From Candidatus Aenigmatarchaeota archaeon (GTDB lineage Archaea; Aenigmatarchaeota; Aenigmatarchaeia; GW2011-AR5): a DNA stretch of 64,000 nt. The position numbers and the translations under genes were made by a program. Shown here in pieces: positions 29,078 through 39,875 of the stretch. Numbering within the stretch: position 1 is the stretch's first letter; every line of letters begins with the position of its first letter. Location: NCBI GenBank assembly GCA_026397375.1, contig JAPLUZ010000022.1, positions 24,234 to 88,233 of the forward strand. The letters run 5' to 3'. The notes below the pieces were generated by a model. The model was not told the DNA's origin and ran no database searches. It saw nothing but the letters and a program-made list of their open reading frames with translations.

Positions 29078-29785
29078 GTGGACCAAAAAAAATATTACAA
29101 CGACCTGTCGAAGGGAAAGATAAAGGTAAGAGACATAGACATAAAATTCACCTCAAAATGGCTTGAAAAAAGCGTGATAAACTTCGCAGACCTTGGTAAG
29201 GACCTAAAAGTTCTGGACGCAGGGTGCGGAAGGGGGAGGCTTGAGGACAAGCTGGTTGGAAAATGCGACATAATAGGAGTAGATATATCAGCAGGGGAGA
29301 TAACTAGGGCTAAAACTGGTAAATTCCTTGTTTCGGATGTGACACAGCTGCCATTCGATTCAAACGTATTCGACAGAATAATATCCATGGAGGTTGTAGA
29401 GCACCTTCCATCCAAAGATAAAGTCAGGCATTTTTTTGAAGAATCGTACAGGATACTAAAGCCTGGCGGCGTGCTGAGCTTGTCTACCCCAAACGTGAAT
29501 AACCTCGTGTTCTTTTTTACACATATTGTAAAGGGAAAAAGAAATCCCAACCCAGTATTGCACCCTACCATGCTTACAAAGAAATATTTAGTAAAGACGG
29601 CGAAAGAGGCAGGATTTAACATAAAAATATTCAAAACGTACCTTTTCCCTATACCCGTTCCAAGATACGAGTATATATTTCCGACATATTTGATGAAGAT
29701 TCTAAATAAAATTGGTGAACTGCCAGGATTTGGTAGTGTATCTTTCGGATTTGTAATGAAAGCGGAAAAGCGCAATGAGCCTTGA
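29078..29785 (+). CDS. Class I SAM-dependent methyltransferase
   Basis: VLDAGCGRGRL motif I, ISMEVVEHL motif. Confidence 0.6.
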   Translation: MDQKKYYNDLSKGKIKVRDIDIKFTSKWLEKSVINFADLGKDLKVLDAGCGRGRLEDKLVGKCDIIGVDISAGEITRAKTGKFLVSDVTQLPFDSNVFDRIISMEVVEHLPSKDKVRHFFEESYRILKPGGVLSLSTPNVNNLVFFFTHIVKGKRNPNPVLHPTMLTKKYLVKTAKEAGFNIKIFKTYLFPIPVPRYEYIFPTYLMKILNKIGELPGFGSVSFGFVMKAEKRNEP

Positions 29786-29837
29786 CGAAAGTCTTGTTCT
29801 CAAGGCACGCAAAATATAATGCTTTTTAAACGCATGC

Positions 29838-31031
29838 ATGACTACTAAGGTTATGAAAATACTTCTGACTACTGCCGGCGGTGTTGTAAGAGGGATTGAG
29901 AGCTGGCCCGAGTATGGCATAGCGAGGGAGCTAGTAAAAAAAGGGCATGAAGTCACTGTTTACTCCTCGATATCTGTGAAAAAAGTCTTCAAGAACGCAA
30001 AGAAAAAAGAAAATATAGACGGCATAGACGTGGAGCGATTCAATCCAGTATCACCGGCATCATTTTTCAAAACAGTAAGAAACGACTTTGACGTCATACA
30101 CATGCACCATTTGGGCTACTTGTCTCCAATATCAAGCTATGCGTGTCTTGCAAGCAAAATAAAAAAGACGCCGACTGTTTTTACGGTCCACGGAATATAT
30201 CACGATCCTTTTGTTGTGAAAGATACGCAGGACCCATTTTCGCAAAAAATAAACTATAATGTAACAAAAAGTTTACGGTCACGCCCGTGGAGATTTCCTA
30301 ACTGGTTCGTTCATTTGCCTCTTTTCTCATCAAACAGGATAACGGCACTTACAGAATGGGAGAAAAAAGAACTGTCAAAATTTGATGTTGATGGTAGAAA
30401 GATAGATGTAGTGCCAAACGGTATCTACACAAAAAAAATTCAAAAAGTAAGAAATGGAAAGGCCTTCAGGGAAAAGCATAACCTGGACGGTCCTTTTGTT
30501 CTTTTTCTTGGACAGCCGATAAGAAGAAAAGGCCCTGAGTATCTGATTAAGGCACTCCCAAGCATTTTAAAGAAGATACCAGATCTGACCTGCGTTTTTG
30601 CAGGCTACAAATCGGACAAACACCTTGAAGACTTGTGCAAACGGCTAGGGCTTGAAAATAACATAAAATTCTTGGGATTTCTAGAAGAGGAGGAAAAAAT
30701 ACAGGCTATGAAGGCTGCAGAAACGTTCGTTTTTCCCACTCTTTACGAAGGATTTGGCATACCTTTGATAGAAGCCATGGCTGCCGGCTGCCCTATCGTC
30801 ACAACAAATGTTGCAGGCGTGCCAGAGATAGTTGAAAACAACAAGAATGGCCTGCTTACGAGGCCTAAGGACGAAAAAGACCTGGCAAGAAACATAATAA
30901 AGATGTTGTCCAGCAGTAAAATGAGGAAAAAAATGTCGGCAAATAATGTAAAAAAATCCAAGAAGTATGACTGGAAAAATGTCATAAGCCTTTACGAAAA
31001 ATGCTTCGAAAGAGCTATTTCTCAGCCATGA
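29838..31031 (+). CDS. GT4-family (GT-B) glycosyltransferase
   Basis: C-terminal EGFGIPLIEAMAAGCPIVTT signature. Confidence 0.7.
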   Translation: MTTKVMKILLTTAGGVVRGIESWPEYGIARELVKKGHEVTVYSSISVKKVFKNAKKKENIDGIDVERFNPVSPASFFKTVRNDFDVIHMHHLGYLSPISSYACLASKIKKTPTVFTVHGIYHDPFVVKDTQDPFSQKINYNVTKSLRSRPWRFPNWFVHLPLFSSNRITALTEWEKKELSKFDVDGRKIDVVPNGIYTKKIQKVRNGKAFREKHNLDGPFVLFLGQPIRRKGPEYLIKALPSILKKIPDLTCVFAGYKSDKHLEDLCKRLGLENNIKFLGFLEEEEKIQAMKAAETFVFPTLYEGFGIPLIEAMAAGCPIVTTNVAGVPEIVENNKNGLLTRPKDEKDLARNIIKMLSSSKMRKKMSANNVKKSKKYDWKNVISLYEKCFERAISQP

Positions 31032-31093
31032 TATTGTATATATCGTCCTGAAGAGATACTATGTTTTTTGCCGAAGTTTCTGTAACGCTTTTC

Positions 31094-31908
31094 TCAGTTA
31101 TAAGATAAAAATTTTTTGAAGCCCATGGACTTTATCATTTCAATAAATTCTTTTGGCGTGGTTCCAGCCTTCCTAACATAACTAGGCACGAACTCCGCTA
31201 TGAGGCGTATGTTTTTGTTGCGACGGATGATATTTTTCATGCCTCTGAAAGCTTCGTATTCTCCGCCTTTCACGTCTATTTTTATTAGGTCTATTTTTTT
31301 CACACGATTTTTATTGCAGAAATCGTCCAGTCTAAAGCATTTTACACGCATCTTTTTGCTGGATTTGAATTTTGTGCTGTGTGTGCCGCTATCGCCTGAC
31401 AGGAAAAAATCTGTGCTTCCTGTTTTGCTGGTTATGCAAGCCTTCTCAATCATGACGTTTTTGTAGTTGTTTATCTTGACATTCTTTTGCAGCAATTCGT
31501 GATTTTGAGGAGCAGGCTCAAATGCGTACACACGCCCGCTTGGGCCGACAAGTTTGGCAGCCCGCAAGGTAAAGTAGCCTACGTGTGCGCCTATGTCCAC
31601 AAAAACCGACCCGAGTTTCAAGTATTTTTCTAGTAGCGTGATTATAGGCTTGTCAGCCTGAACATGTACATGCGCATAGATGACGTGTCCCCAAGGTCTA
31701 GAAACATCTTGTGTTCACCGACAGCTTCCAAGCTAACAGCTTTCGGCTTCAGAGAATAAAATATTTTCGTATAAATGTGCCCTATGGGCTTGAATCGTGT
31801 CAGATAGGTTCCTTCCAGTTTTCTGCACACGGCCATGAATAGAGTTATTAGAATTTTTTTCATTAGTATTTTAATATGACTGGTGTTTAAGACTTTACTT
31901 GATCCCAA
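31094..31908 (-). pseudogene. FkbM-family methyltransferase interrupted by a frameshift (88-aa N-part plus 175-aa C-part)
   Basis: C-part contains VFVDIGAHVGYFTLRAA (FkbM motif I); its frame remains open upstream (..HVIYAHVHVQADKPIITLLEKYLKLGS..) until it meets the end of the 88-aa ORF in another frame; no ATG at the start of the C-part. Confidence 0.4.
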
Positions 31909-33068
31909 TTATGAGTATGAAAATAATGCTTTTAGCATCAAGCCAGGTATCTATACCGCCGGATAAGGGCGGAGCAATAGAAGCAATAGTATACGAGCTT
32001 GCGAATTTTCTTAGTTCTGAGAATGAAGTATACGTAATTTCCAGAAGGTCCTTTACGGGCAGCAAGGCCAGCTACATTGTAGTTAACTCTGAAATCAGAA
32101 AAAACAAACTGGCGGCCATTGTAGAGGATTTTCTTTACGGAATAAAGTGCATAAAAGAAGTCAGAAAAATAAAGCCTGACATACTACACATGCACACAAC
32201 CTTCACGTCATTTCCAATAGCGCTTTTCAAGAAATTTCTCCCTGCAGGAACAAGGATTGTCTACACTTCCCACAGTCCTGCCTGGACAGTGCCGGACAAT
32301 GAAATAGGAATAATAAATAAGATTTTCAACTGTCTGGAGGCGTTTATTGTCAGAAGGTCGGATATGGCTACGGCAGTTTCAGAGTCTTTGCGAGACGGCA
32401 TGATAAAAAGAAACGTCTCCGATAAAAGCAAAATAGTTACAATAGAGAATTTTACAAGGCCAGACGTTTTTTCTAATAAATATGGGAAAAAATGGAAAGA
32501 CGAGAGAAAAATAAAAGGGCCTGTTGTACTTTTTGTCGGCAAACTGACAAAAACAAAGGGAATTCCTTATTTGCTCAGGTCTGTCAAAGAAGTAAAGGAA
32601 AAAATACCTGATGTGATGTATGTGTTGGTTGGATCATTAGAACATGAGCAAAAACTTGGTTATAACCCATGGATGAAAATAGTAGAAGAGGACAAAATCA
32701 AAAATAACGTATATTTTGCCGGAAGCGTGCCTGTGGCAGAGATCCCTAGAATCTATTCATCTGCCGACCTGTTTGTTCTGCCTTCTCTCAGGGAAGGGAT
32801 GCCACTGGTCGTAATGGAAGCGCTATCTACGGAACTGCCAATAGTAACAACGAAAGTGTCCGGCACAAAGGAAGTTGTAAACAGCAGATGCGCCATATTT
32901 GTCAGAAGAAAAGATAGCAAAGATATTGCAAAGGCTGTTATTAGAATACTTTCAGACAAGAAGCTTGCAAAAAGAATGTCTCTGGAATCAAAAAAAATAT
33001 CTAAAAAATTTGAGAAGAACAATGTGCTTAAAAAATATCTTGACCTTTATTATGCAATCAAGAAGTGA
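31899..33068 (+). CDS. GT4-family glycosyltransferase
   Basis: EGMPLVVMEALSTELPIVTTKVSG signature. Confidence 0.7.
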   Translation: MIPIMSMKIMLLASSQVSIPPDKGGAIEAIVYELANFLSSENEVYVISRRSFTGSKASYIVVNSEIRKNKLAAIVEDFLYGIKCIKEVRKIKPDILHMHTTFTSFPIALFKKFLPAGTRIVYTSHSPAWTVPDNEIGIINKIFNCLEAFIVRRSDMATAVSESLRDGMIKRNVSDKSKIVTIENFTRPDVFSNKYGKKWKDERKIKGPVVLFVGKLTKTKGIPYLLRSVKEVKEKIPDVMYVLVGSLEHEQKLGYNPWMKIVEEDKIKNNVYFAGSVPVAEIPRIYSSADLFVLPSLREGMPLVVMEALSTELPIVTTKVSGTKEVVNSRCAIFVRRKDSKDIAKAVIRILSDKKLAKRMSLESKKISKKFEKNNVLKKYLDLYYAIKK

Positions 33069-33129
33069 TTCTAAGATTTAAACTAGTTCGAAATAAAGCC
33101 ATTTAATTCTTTCCCATTAACAAATAGCT

Positions 33130-34059
33130 ATGAAAATATCTGTCATAATTCCTACAAAGGACTACGATGAAGGACTTAGGAGATGCCTGACGAGCATTAG
33201 CAAGCAGGACTACAAAAATAAGGAAATTATAGTTGTCGGTACAAAAGAGGAGACAAGTAAAATAGCAAAAGAATTCGGCGCCAAATTTTTCCTTGACAAG
33301 GCAAAAACTATAGGCAATTCTTATTCGGTCGGCGCCAAAAATGCCAAAGGCGGCGTAGTAGCCTTTTTAGACGACGACTGCATTGCGCTAAAAAACTGGC
33401 TGACCAAGATAAACAAGGAATTCGAAAATGACAAGGATTTGATGGCATTTGGCGGGGAAGATATTATAGATGAGAAAAGATCTTCCTATTTTCAGACGGC
33501 CCTATTTCAGCTGGATATTCCAAGAATTTACAAGTCAATAGTTTATGGCAAAAGGGCCCGCGACAAATTACGCGCATGTAACATAGCTTACAGGAGAAGC
33601 GTTTTCAGCAAATTTGATTTTAACAAGGACCTTATAAGTTTACAGGAACCGGAGCTGCACCACCGCCTTTACGAGAGCGGGGCAAAGATGAAATTCGATC
33701 CCAGTATAATTGTATATCACGAAAGGCGAAAAAATATAAAATCCGTCTTCAAACAAATGTATAGAAACGGCAAAGCAAAAATAGCTGTTATAGGAATGCA
33801 CAAGAAAATGATAGCTCCATACGATATTTTGATGTTTCTTTCTATCGTGATAAGCTTGATATCCGTCATTTCACTTACGTTTACTTCAAGAATGTTGACA
33901 TACTGGGTAGCGCTTCTTTTGCTATATTTTATCCTGAAGCCAGTGATAATACTGATGAAGACAAGAAATATGAGGTTTTATTTTACTCTTTTTAAGATAG
34001 TATTTGTAAGAGAATTGGCTTATGCGCTTGGATTAATTTCCGGTATTTTCGGAAAATAG
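33130..34059 (+). CDS. GT2-family glycosyltransferase with C-terminal TM segments
   Basis: ISVIIPTKDYDEGL...AFLDDDC. Confidence 0.65.
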   Translation: MKISVIIPTKDYDEGLRRCLTSISKQDYKNKEIIVVGTKEETSKIAKEFGAKFFLDKAKTIGNSYSVGAKNAKGGVVAFLDDDCIALKNWLTKINKEFENDKDLMAFGGEDIIDEKRSSYFQTALFQLDIPRIYKSIVYGKRARDKLRACNIAYRRSVFSKFDFNKDLISLQEPELHHRLYESGAKMKFDPSIIVYHERRKNIKSVFKQMYRNGKAKIAVIGMHKKMIAPYDILMFLSIVISLISVISLTFTSRMLTYWVALLLLYFILKPVIILMKTRNMRFYFTLFKIVFVRELAYALGLISGIFGK

Positions 34060-34081
34060 ATATTTTGGAAGGGGCTGTAAA

Positions 34082-35179
34082 ATGAAAATAGCTTTTGTAA
34101 TACCTGCTTACTATCCCGCTGTGATAGGCGAGTCTCTATACGCGCAGGAGCTGGCAAAATACTTGATTAAGAAAGGACATGAAGTGAATGTATATACACA
34201 TATTAGCGGCAACCTAAAAGAAAGCGAAATAGCAGACAATGTTAAAATAACTAGAGTTAAAATAAAGGAAATTTTTGATGGCAGCTTTTATTTTTCATCG
34301 GACTACATCAAATCCATACTTAAAGAAAAATTTGATATAATCCACTCGCATCACTATGGATATTTTCCAGCAACAGCCGGATTTATTGCGGCTAAATTAA
34401 CAAAAACCCCACATGTTTTTGGGACCTACTATCATCCCCCGGTTTATGGAAGACTGAGATGGCTACAATTCATGGCGTATCATTTTACCCAGGGGCTTCC
34501 CATACTTAGATTTTCTGACAGTGTATTGCCGCATACGCTGTATGAAAAGAAAATGCTTCTCAAAATAGGCGGCAAAGAGGATAATATGAAAATCCTGCCA
34601 AACATTGTAGATACGAATACATTTATGCCTGGCCATGATAAAACCAAAACAATCCTTTTTGTCGGCAACTTCATTTATGAAAAAGGCGCACATATAGCAT
34701 TTGATATAGCAAGCCAACTGCTGGAACAGAGAAAAGATATTAGATTTGTTTTTATTGGTAACGCCTACGAGCCAAAACTAATGCCTAAGATAAATCAATT
34801 GAGCAAAAGCAAGAATGTTTTGTTTCTGAAAAATCTCAGGAAGTCGGAGTTGGTAAGGTGGTACCAGAAAGCTTCCGTATTTCTTTTGCCATCTAAATAT
34901 GAAGCATTTTCAAGGGGCATTGCCGAGGCAGAATCTTGTAGTATTCCTGTTGTCTCAACCAGAGTCGGCGCCATACCGGAAGTTGTTAAGGACGGGAAAA
35001 GCGGCTTTCTTGTTGACTATGGCGAGTGGGATGAAATGAGGCAACACATAGAGTACCTGCTTGATAACCTATCTGAGGCGAAGAAAATGGGAAAGAGAGG
35101 AAGAGAACACATAGTGAAAAATTTTGACACAGAAATAGTTGCAGAAAAACTCGAAAAAATATACAAGGATTTGGTGTGA
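34082..35179 (+). CDS. GT4-family glycosyltransferase
   Basis: EAFSRGIAEAESCSIPVVSTRVGAIPE signature. Confidence 0.65.
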   Translation: MKIAFVIPAYYPAVIGESLYAQELAKYLIKKGHEVNVYTHISGNLKESEIADNVKITRVKIKEIFDGSFYFSSDYIKSILKEKFDIIHSHHYGYFPATAGFIAAKLTKTPHVFGTYYHPPVYGRLRWLQFMAYHFTQGLPILRFSDSVLPHTLYEKKMLLKIGGKEDNMKILPNIVDTNTFMPGHDKTKTILFVGNFIYEKGAHIAFDIASQLLEQRKDIRFVFIGNAYEPKLMPKINQLSKSKNVLFLKNLRKSELVRWYQKASVFLLPSKYEAFSRGIAEAESCSIPVVSTRVGAIPEVVKDGKSGFLVDYGEWDEMRQHIEYLLDNLSEAKKMGKRGREHIVKNFDTEIVAEKLEKIYKDLV

Positions 35180-35247
35180 GTTTTACTTAACGCATTTTAT
35201 CATTTTATAATAGGTTTGAAATCCAACGGGCATTTCAGCAATTATGG

Positions 35248-37020
35248 CTATTTTTTCCAATTATCCTGCGGCACGTATTTTAGCGCCTCTTTTAGTTCTT
35301 GCTCTGAAAGGAACGGCTTCATATCGTACACAGGTCGTGCATAGCTTGCCTTTGGAAGCGTCCAATATGTGACAGGGACCTTGATATCAAGGAGTGCCGG
35401 GCCGTTGTTTCCCGAAAGCCATTTGATTGCCTCCTCAAGCTCGCTTGATTTTTCAACCATCCTTGCCGGAATGCCATAGGCATTTGCAACTTTCACAAAG
35501 TCAGGGGCGTCATAGCCGTCCACGCTGCCGATGAGTCTACCCTCAAAATTCTCTGTCTGGAACTGCGTGAGCATGCCAAGCGAATTGTTGTTGATGATGA
35601 TTATCTTCATCGGGATTTTATTCCGCACAATTGTTTGCAATTCCTGGATGTTGATCTGAAAACCACCATCGCCGCAAACCGCCCACACACGTCGCGAAGT
35701 GTCTGAAAGCCATGCCCCGATTGCGGTTGGAACTGCGCATCCCATCGGGCCCATACCTCCGTTTGTGAGCACAATCTGGCCTTTTTTCACCTTCCAGGAT
35801 TGGGCAAACCACATCTGGTGCGAACCCACATCCACACTGACTATGTCGCGCTCGCCCGCCACGGCGGAAACAACTTCTATCGCCTTGTTAGGGCTTATTT
35901 TCAAATGCCCGATTTTTTGCTCGTGGTGCTCGTATTTTTCCTTAAGCACGTTCAAGTGGCTTATCCATTCAGTTTTTACTTCCATCTTTGGCAGCGCATC
36001 CATCGTCTGTTTGAGGAAATTTTTGATGTCGACATTTATGGAAAGTTCTTCGCGCACCGAAGCCCCAAGCTCGTACTCGTCTATGTCCACATGCACGATT
36101 TTTGCGGCAGGGGCGAATTTTGCTGCTTGTACTCCCACTTGCCGGGAATCCAGCCTTGCTCCCAGGACGATTATCAGGTCAGCATTCGCAAGCGCAAGAT
36201 TGGAATACCGCTGCCCATATGTGCCGATAAACCCGTAATATAAAGGATTGTAATTCTCAACCGCATCCGTTCCCATGAGGCTTGCTACAAACGGGATTTT
36301 GGTTTTTGTGATAAATAATTCTACCTCATAAGTTGCCCCGGATAGCCTTACCCCATGCCCTAAAAGTAGCATCGGTCTTTTTGCCTCTGCCAGAAGGGAG
36401 GTGAACTTGGAAATCTGACTTGTGGTCGCATTCCTAGGCTTATTCATAGCGGCATGCTCTGCAGAGCCAAGAAATCCTGCCTGCGCATCAGGGGTTATTT
36501 CGGCCTTTTGCACGTCAAATGGAAAATCTAGCAGTACTGGGCCGTTCCGCCCGTGGGTTGCGATAAAAAAGGCTTTCTCAATCTCGTAGCGTGTTTTGGC
36601 AGGGTCAGATATCCGCACCGCGTACTTGGTTATCGGCCTTACTATGGACACTATGTCGGTCTCCTGAAAGCCAACCTGCCTGCGTTTGCCAGTTACATTG
36701 GACTCAAACGTGTTCACCTGTCCAGTTATGAAGATTACCGGCAATGACGCATAAAAGGCGCTCCCGATTCCAGTTATCAGGTTGGTCGCCCCGGGTCCGC
36801 TGGTTGCCATGGCAAGACCAGGCTTTTTGCTCACCACTGCCTGCCCTTCGGCTGCAAATGAGGTAGACTGCTCATGGTGCATGGTGTATAGCTTGAAATT
36901 CTTGCACGCACAGGAATCCGCCAAATAGCCAAGGGCGCCGCCGATTATGAAAAACCCATGGCTTATGCCGTTTGCTGTCAGGCACTCTACAACATAGTCT
37001 GAAACCTTCATTAAAAACAC
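35248..37020 (-). CDS. Thiamine-diphosphate-dependent acetolactate-synthase-like enzyme (YerE-like candidate branched-chain sugar synthase)
   Basis: 590 aa, ThDP enzyme architecture (N-terminal Pyr domain, central domain, C-terminal ThDP-binding GDGxF..N motif: CGDGGFQINIQEL); sits inside the CDP-sugar gene cluster. Confidence 0.6.
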   Translation of the reverse strand: MFLMKVSDYVVECLTANGISHGFFIIGGALGYLADSCACKNFKLYTMHHEQSTSFAAEGQAVVSKKPGLAMATSGPGATNLITGIGSAFYASLPVIFITGQVNTFESNVTGKRRQVGFQETDIVSIVRPITKYAVRISDPAKTRYEIEKAFFIATHGRNGPVLLDFPFDVQKAEITPDAQAGFLGSAEHAAMNKPRNATTSQISKFTSLLAEAKRPMLLLGHGVRLSGATYEVELFITKTKIPFVASLMGTDAVENYNPLYYGFIGTYGQRYSNLALANADLIIVLGARLDSRQVGVQAAKFAPAAKIVHVDIDEYELGASVREELSINVDIKNFLKQTMDALPKMEVKTEWISHLNVLKEKYEHHEQKIGHLKISPNKAIEVVSAVAGERDIVSVDVGSHQMWFAQSWKVKKGQIVLTNGGMGPMGCAVPTAIGAWLSDTSRRVWAVCGDGGFQINIQELQTIVRNKIPMKIIIINNNSLGMLTQFQTENFEGRLIGSVDGYDAPDFVKVANAYGIPARMVEKSSELEEAIKWLSGNNGPALLDIKVPVTYWTLPKASYARPVYDMKPFLSEQELKEALKYVPQDNWKK

Positions 37021-37063
37021 CGCTCATCTTATTTTTAAGGCTTTGCTTTCCAGTTCTTCATAA

Positions 37064-38005
37064 TCATTCCTTATAGAAATCCATATTCTTTTTAAACCAC
37101 TTAACAGTCTTCTTTAATCCCTCTTCTATCGTGTTCTCCGTCCTCCAGCCAAGCATTTTTTTCGCTTTTGAAGTGTCAGCTACCCAACACGAAGGCTCGT
37201 GGTCCCATCTTTTCTCCTTTTTTATCAACGGTTTCAACGCAGAGCCGGAAATTCTTATTATTTTGTTTGTCACGTCAAGGACGTTGTGCTGCCTGCCGGA
37301 GCCAAGATTTATGATTTCACCCCTTGATTTTCCAAGCTTTTTGGCAGCAGTTCTGTAGGCCCTGGTTACGTCCTCCACAAAAATAAAGTCCCTTACAGCC
37401 TTGGGAGTGTTCACAACAGGCCTTTTTTTGGCCATGCAGGAAAATATCGTCTGCGGTATCAGCCTTGTCGAACCTTCAAAATATCCGTAAATAGAGAAGG
37501 GTCTGAATGTGACAAGAGGTACATCCTCTTCTTTGGACCATGTCTGGCAAAGGAGCGTTGCAGCAGCCTTAGAGGACGCGTAAAAGCTCACTGGTTCCAG
37601 AGAATCTGTCTCCTTGATGGGATGGTTTTTTATTCCGTATTCCGACGAGCTGCCTGTATTGACAAACATATCCAAGGATTTTGGACACACTTTTAGAAGA
37701 TTAAGGATTCCCGTCAGGTTGGTCTTTATTATGTTTTCCCTGTCTTTCTGAAAATGATAACCGCCGTAGGTGGCCATGTGATATATAACGTCAGGTTTGT
37801 CGCTCTTTACTGCAGATTCCAGTGATGTTATGTCTAAGATATCGCCGGTGTGAACGTTCAAATCAGGAAAAATGTCCTTTATTCGCCACAAGTTAGAGGT
37901 TTTTCTCGTCATAACATGAACTTCATCACCATGACTGATAAGTTCCCTGGAAAGGCAGGCGCCCACAAAGCCCGTTGCGCCCGTTATCAAAACCCTGTCT
38001 GACAT
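37064..38005 (-). CDS. NAD(P)-dependent CDP-sugar 4-reductase/epimerase-like SDR (RfbJ/RfbS/YerF-like)
   Basis: ITGATGFVGACL, YASSK; divergent from rfbF. Confidence 0.5.
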   Translation of the reverse strand: MSDRVLITGATGFVGACLSRELISHGDEVHVMTRKTSNLWRIKDIFPDLNVHTGDILDITSLESAVKSDKPDVIYHMATYGGYHFQKDRENIIKTNLTGILNLLKVCPKSLDMFVNTGSSSEYGIKNHPIKETDSLEPVSFYASSKAAATLLCQTWSKEEDVPLVTFRPFSIYGYFEGSTRLIPQTIFSCMAKKRPVVNTPKAVRDFIFVEDVTRAYRTAAKKLGKSRGEIINLGSGRQHNVLDVTNKIIRISGSALKPLIKKEKRWDHEPSCWVADTSKAKKMLGWRTENTIEEGLKKTVKWFKKNMDFYKE

Positions 38006-38118
38006 AAGTAGGTTGACTTATCATTAAATTATTTAAAACGACCAAGGACGCGGGTTCTAAAGTGAGATTATAGGCTGTATAATAAGGGTATAAAAACTTT
38101 TCTCTGTTTAACTTTCAT

Positions 38119-38895
38119 ATGAAAGTTGCAATACTGTGTGGAGGCCTTGGTACAAGACTTAAGGAAGAGACAGAATTCCGGCCAAAACCCCTAGTGGAAA
38201 TAGGTGGTAAGCCTATATTGTGGCATATCATGAAAATTTACTCGTATGCAGGATTCAAAGATTTCGTTTTATGCCTGGGCTATAAGGGCGATATGATAAA
38301 GAATTATTTCTTGAATTATGAAACTACAGAAAATGACTTTACAATAGACTTTTCTAATAAAAAATCAATAACACTGCATAATAATTCAAATAAAACCGAA
38401 GATTGGAGAATAACATTTGCCGATACGGGATTAAATTCCATGACAGGCGCCAGGGTTAAAAGAATTGAAAAATTTATAGATGGAAATGAGTTCATGTTAA
38501 CCTATGGAGACGGTGTTGCCAATGTGAATGTTAATGATATTATTAAATTTCACAGAAACCACGATAAAATAGGAACTGTTCTCGGCGTGAGGCCACCGTC
38601 AAAATTTGGCGAGATGGCTTTGGATACCAACAGAGTTATATCTTTTGTAGAAAAACCAAATTCGACCCAGGGCTTTGTAAATGGCGGGTTTTTTGTATTC
38701 AAAAATGGGATTTTTGATTACTTGAATGAAAATGAAGACTGTATTTTAGAGAAAGAACCGCTGGAAAATCTTGCCACTAATGGACAACTCATGATGTATC
38801 CTCATGAAGGATTTTGGCAATGTATGGACACTTATAGAGACTTCTTGTATTTGAACCAGCTCTGGCCAAATGCCCCATGGAAACGGTTGCTATGA
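38119..38895 (+). CDS. rfbF: Glucose-1-phosphate cytidylyltransferase
   Basis: MKVAILCGGLGTRLKEETEFRPKPLVEIGGKPILWHIMKIYS closely matches the RfbF/DdhA N-terminus. Confidence 0.85.
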   Translation: MKVAILCGGLGTRLKEETEFRPKPLVEIGGKPILWHIMKIYSYAGFKDFVLCLGYKGDMIKNYFLNYETTENDFTIDFSNKKSITLHNNSNKTEDWRITFADTGLNSMTGARVKRIEKFIDGNEFMLTYGDGVANVNVNDIIKFHRNHDKIGTVLGVRPPSKFGEMALDTNRVISFVEKPNSTQGFVNGGFFVFKNGIFDYLNENEDCILEKEPLENLATNGQLMMYPHEGFWQCMDTYRDFLYLNQLWPNAPWKRLL

Positions 38896-39869
38896 ATGAA
38901 AACACATGGTCAGGAAAGAATGTTTTTGTAACGGGTAGCAGCGGCTTTCTAGGAGCTTGGGTTACAGAAAAATTGATAGGACAGGGTGCAAATGTTGTCA
39001 CTCTTTTGCGCGACGATGTGGCAAGATCGTACTTCCATTTAGAAGGACTAGACAAAAAAGTTACCACAGTAAGAGGTTCGCTGGAAGATTACTTACTGGT
39101 CGAAAGAATACTAAATGAGTATGAGATTGAGACTTGTTTTCATCTTGCCGCACAGACAATAGTTGGCACTGCTAATAGATCGCCTCTTTCGACATTTGAG
39201 TCAAACATAAGAGGTACTTGGAATGTTCTTGAGGCGGCAAGAAACAGCGAGGTTATGAAGGCAATGGTTGTGGCGTCTACGGATAAGGTTTATGGGGAAT
39301 CGACCAGTCTTCCATACAGGGAGACGGATCGGCTGGGTGCAAAACACCCCTACGACGTTTCTAAAGCGTGTGTGGATATGTTGTGCTCTTCCTATTTTCA
39401 TACCTATGGATTGTCGGTGGCAATAACCAGGTGCGGAAATATATTTGGCGGGGGGGACCTGAATTTTAACAGAATAGTTCCCGGTACAATACGTTCGGCA
39501 TTAATTAAAGAAAGACCCGTCATAAGGAGCGACGGCAAACTAGTTCGTGACTATGTATATGTGGAAGATATTGCCGATGCAAATATCCTTCTAGCTGATA
39601 CACTTCTTAGGGGAAGAGAAAAAGGCGAAGCATTTAATTTTAGTTTGGAACAGCCGCAAAGCGTAATTGAAGTAACCCAGAAGATATTAAGCGCTATGAA
39701 TTCTGATCTACAACCAATAATTTTGAATCAAGATTTGAAAGAAATCAATAAACAATATCTTTCTTCCGAAAAAGCAAGGGCGAGATTAGGCTGGAAACCA
39801 AAGTGGACTTTTGATTCGGGTATAAGAAAAACAATAGATTGGTATAAGAAATTTATCAATTCCTATTAG
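38877..39869 (+). CDS. rfbG: CDP-glucose 4,6-dehydratase
   Basis: WSGKNVFVTGSSGFLGAW..., YDVSK, GNIFGGGD; typical RfbG/DdhB pattern and position. Confidence 0.8.
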   Translation: METVAMNENTWSGKNVFVTGSSGFLGAWVTEKLIGQGANVVTLLRDDVARSYFHLEGLDKKVTTVRGSLEDYLLVERILNEYEIETCFHLAAQTIVGTANRSPLSTFESNIRGTWNVLEAARNSEVMKAMVVASTDKVYGESTSLPYRETDRLGAKHPYDVSKACVDMLCSSYFHTYGLSVAITRCGNIFGGGDLNFNRIVPGTIRSALIKERPVIRSDGKLVRDYVYVEDIADANILLADTLLRGREKGEAFNFSLEQPQSVIEVTQKILSAMNSDLQPIILNQDLKEINKQYLSSEKARARLGWKPKWTFDSGIRKTIDWYKKFINSY

Positions 39870-39875
39870 AATAGG

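Noticed and set aside
35248-37020. ThDP enzyme simply annotated as branched-chain amino acid acetolactate synthase IlvB
   Set aside because: No ilvN, ilvC or ilvD neighbours; the gene is embedded in a CDP-deoxysugar cluster, so a sugar-modifying YerE-like role is considered more likely. An IlvB role cannot be excluded without phylogeny
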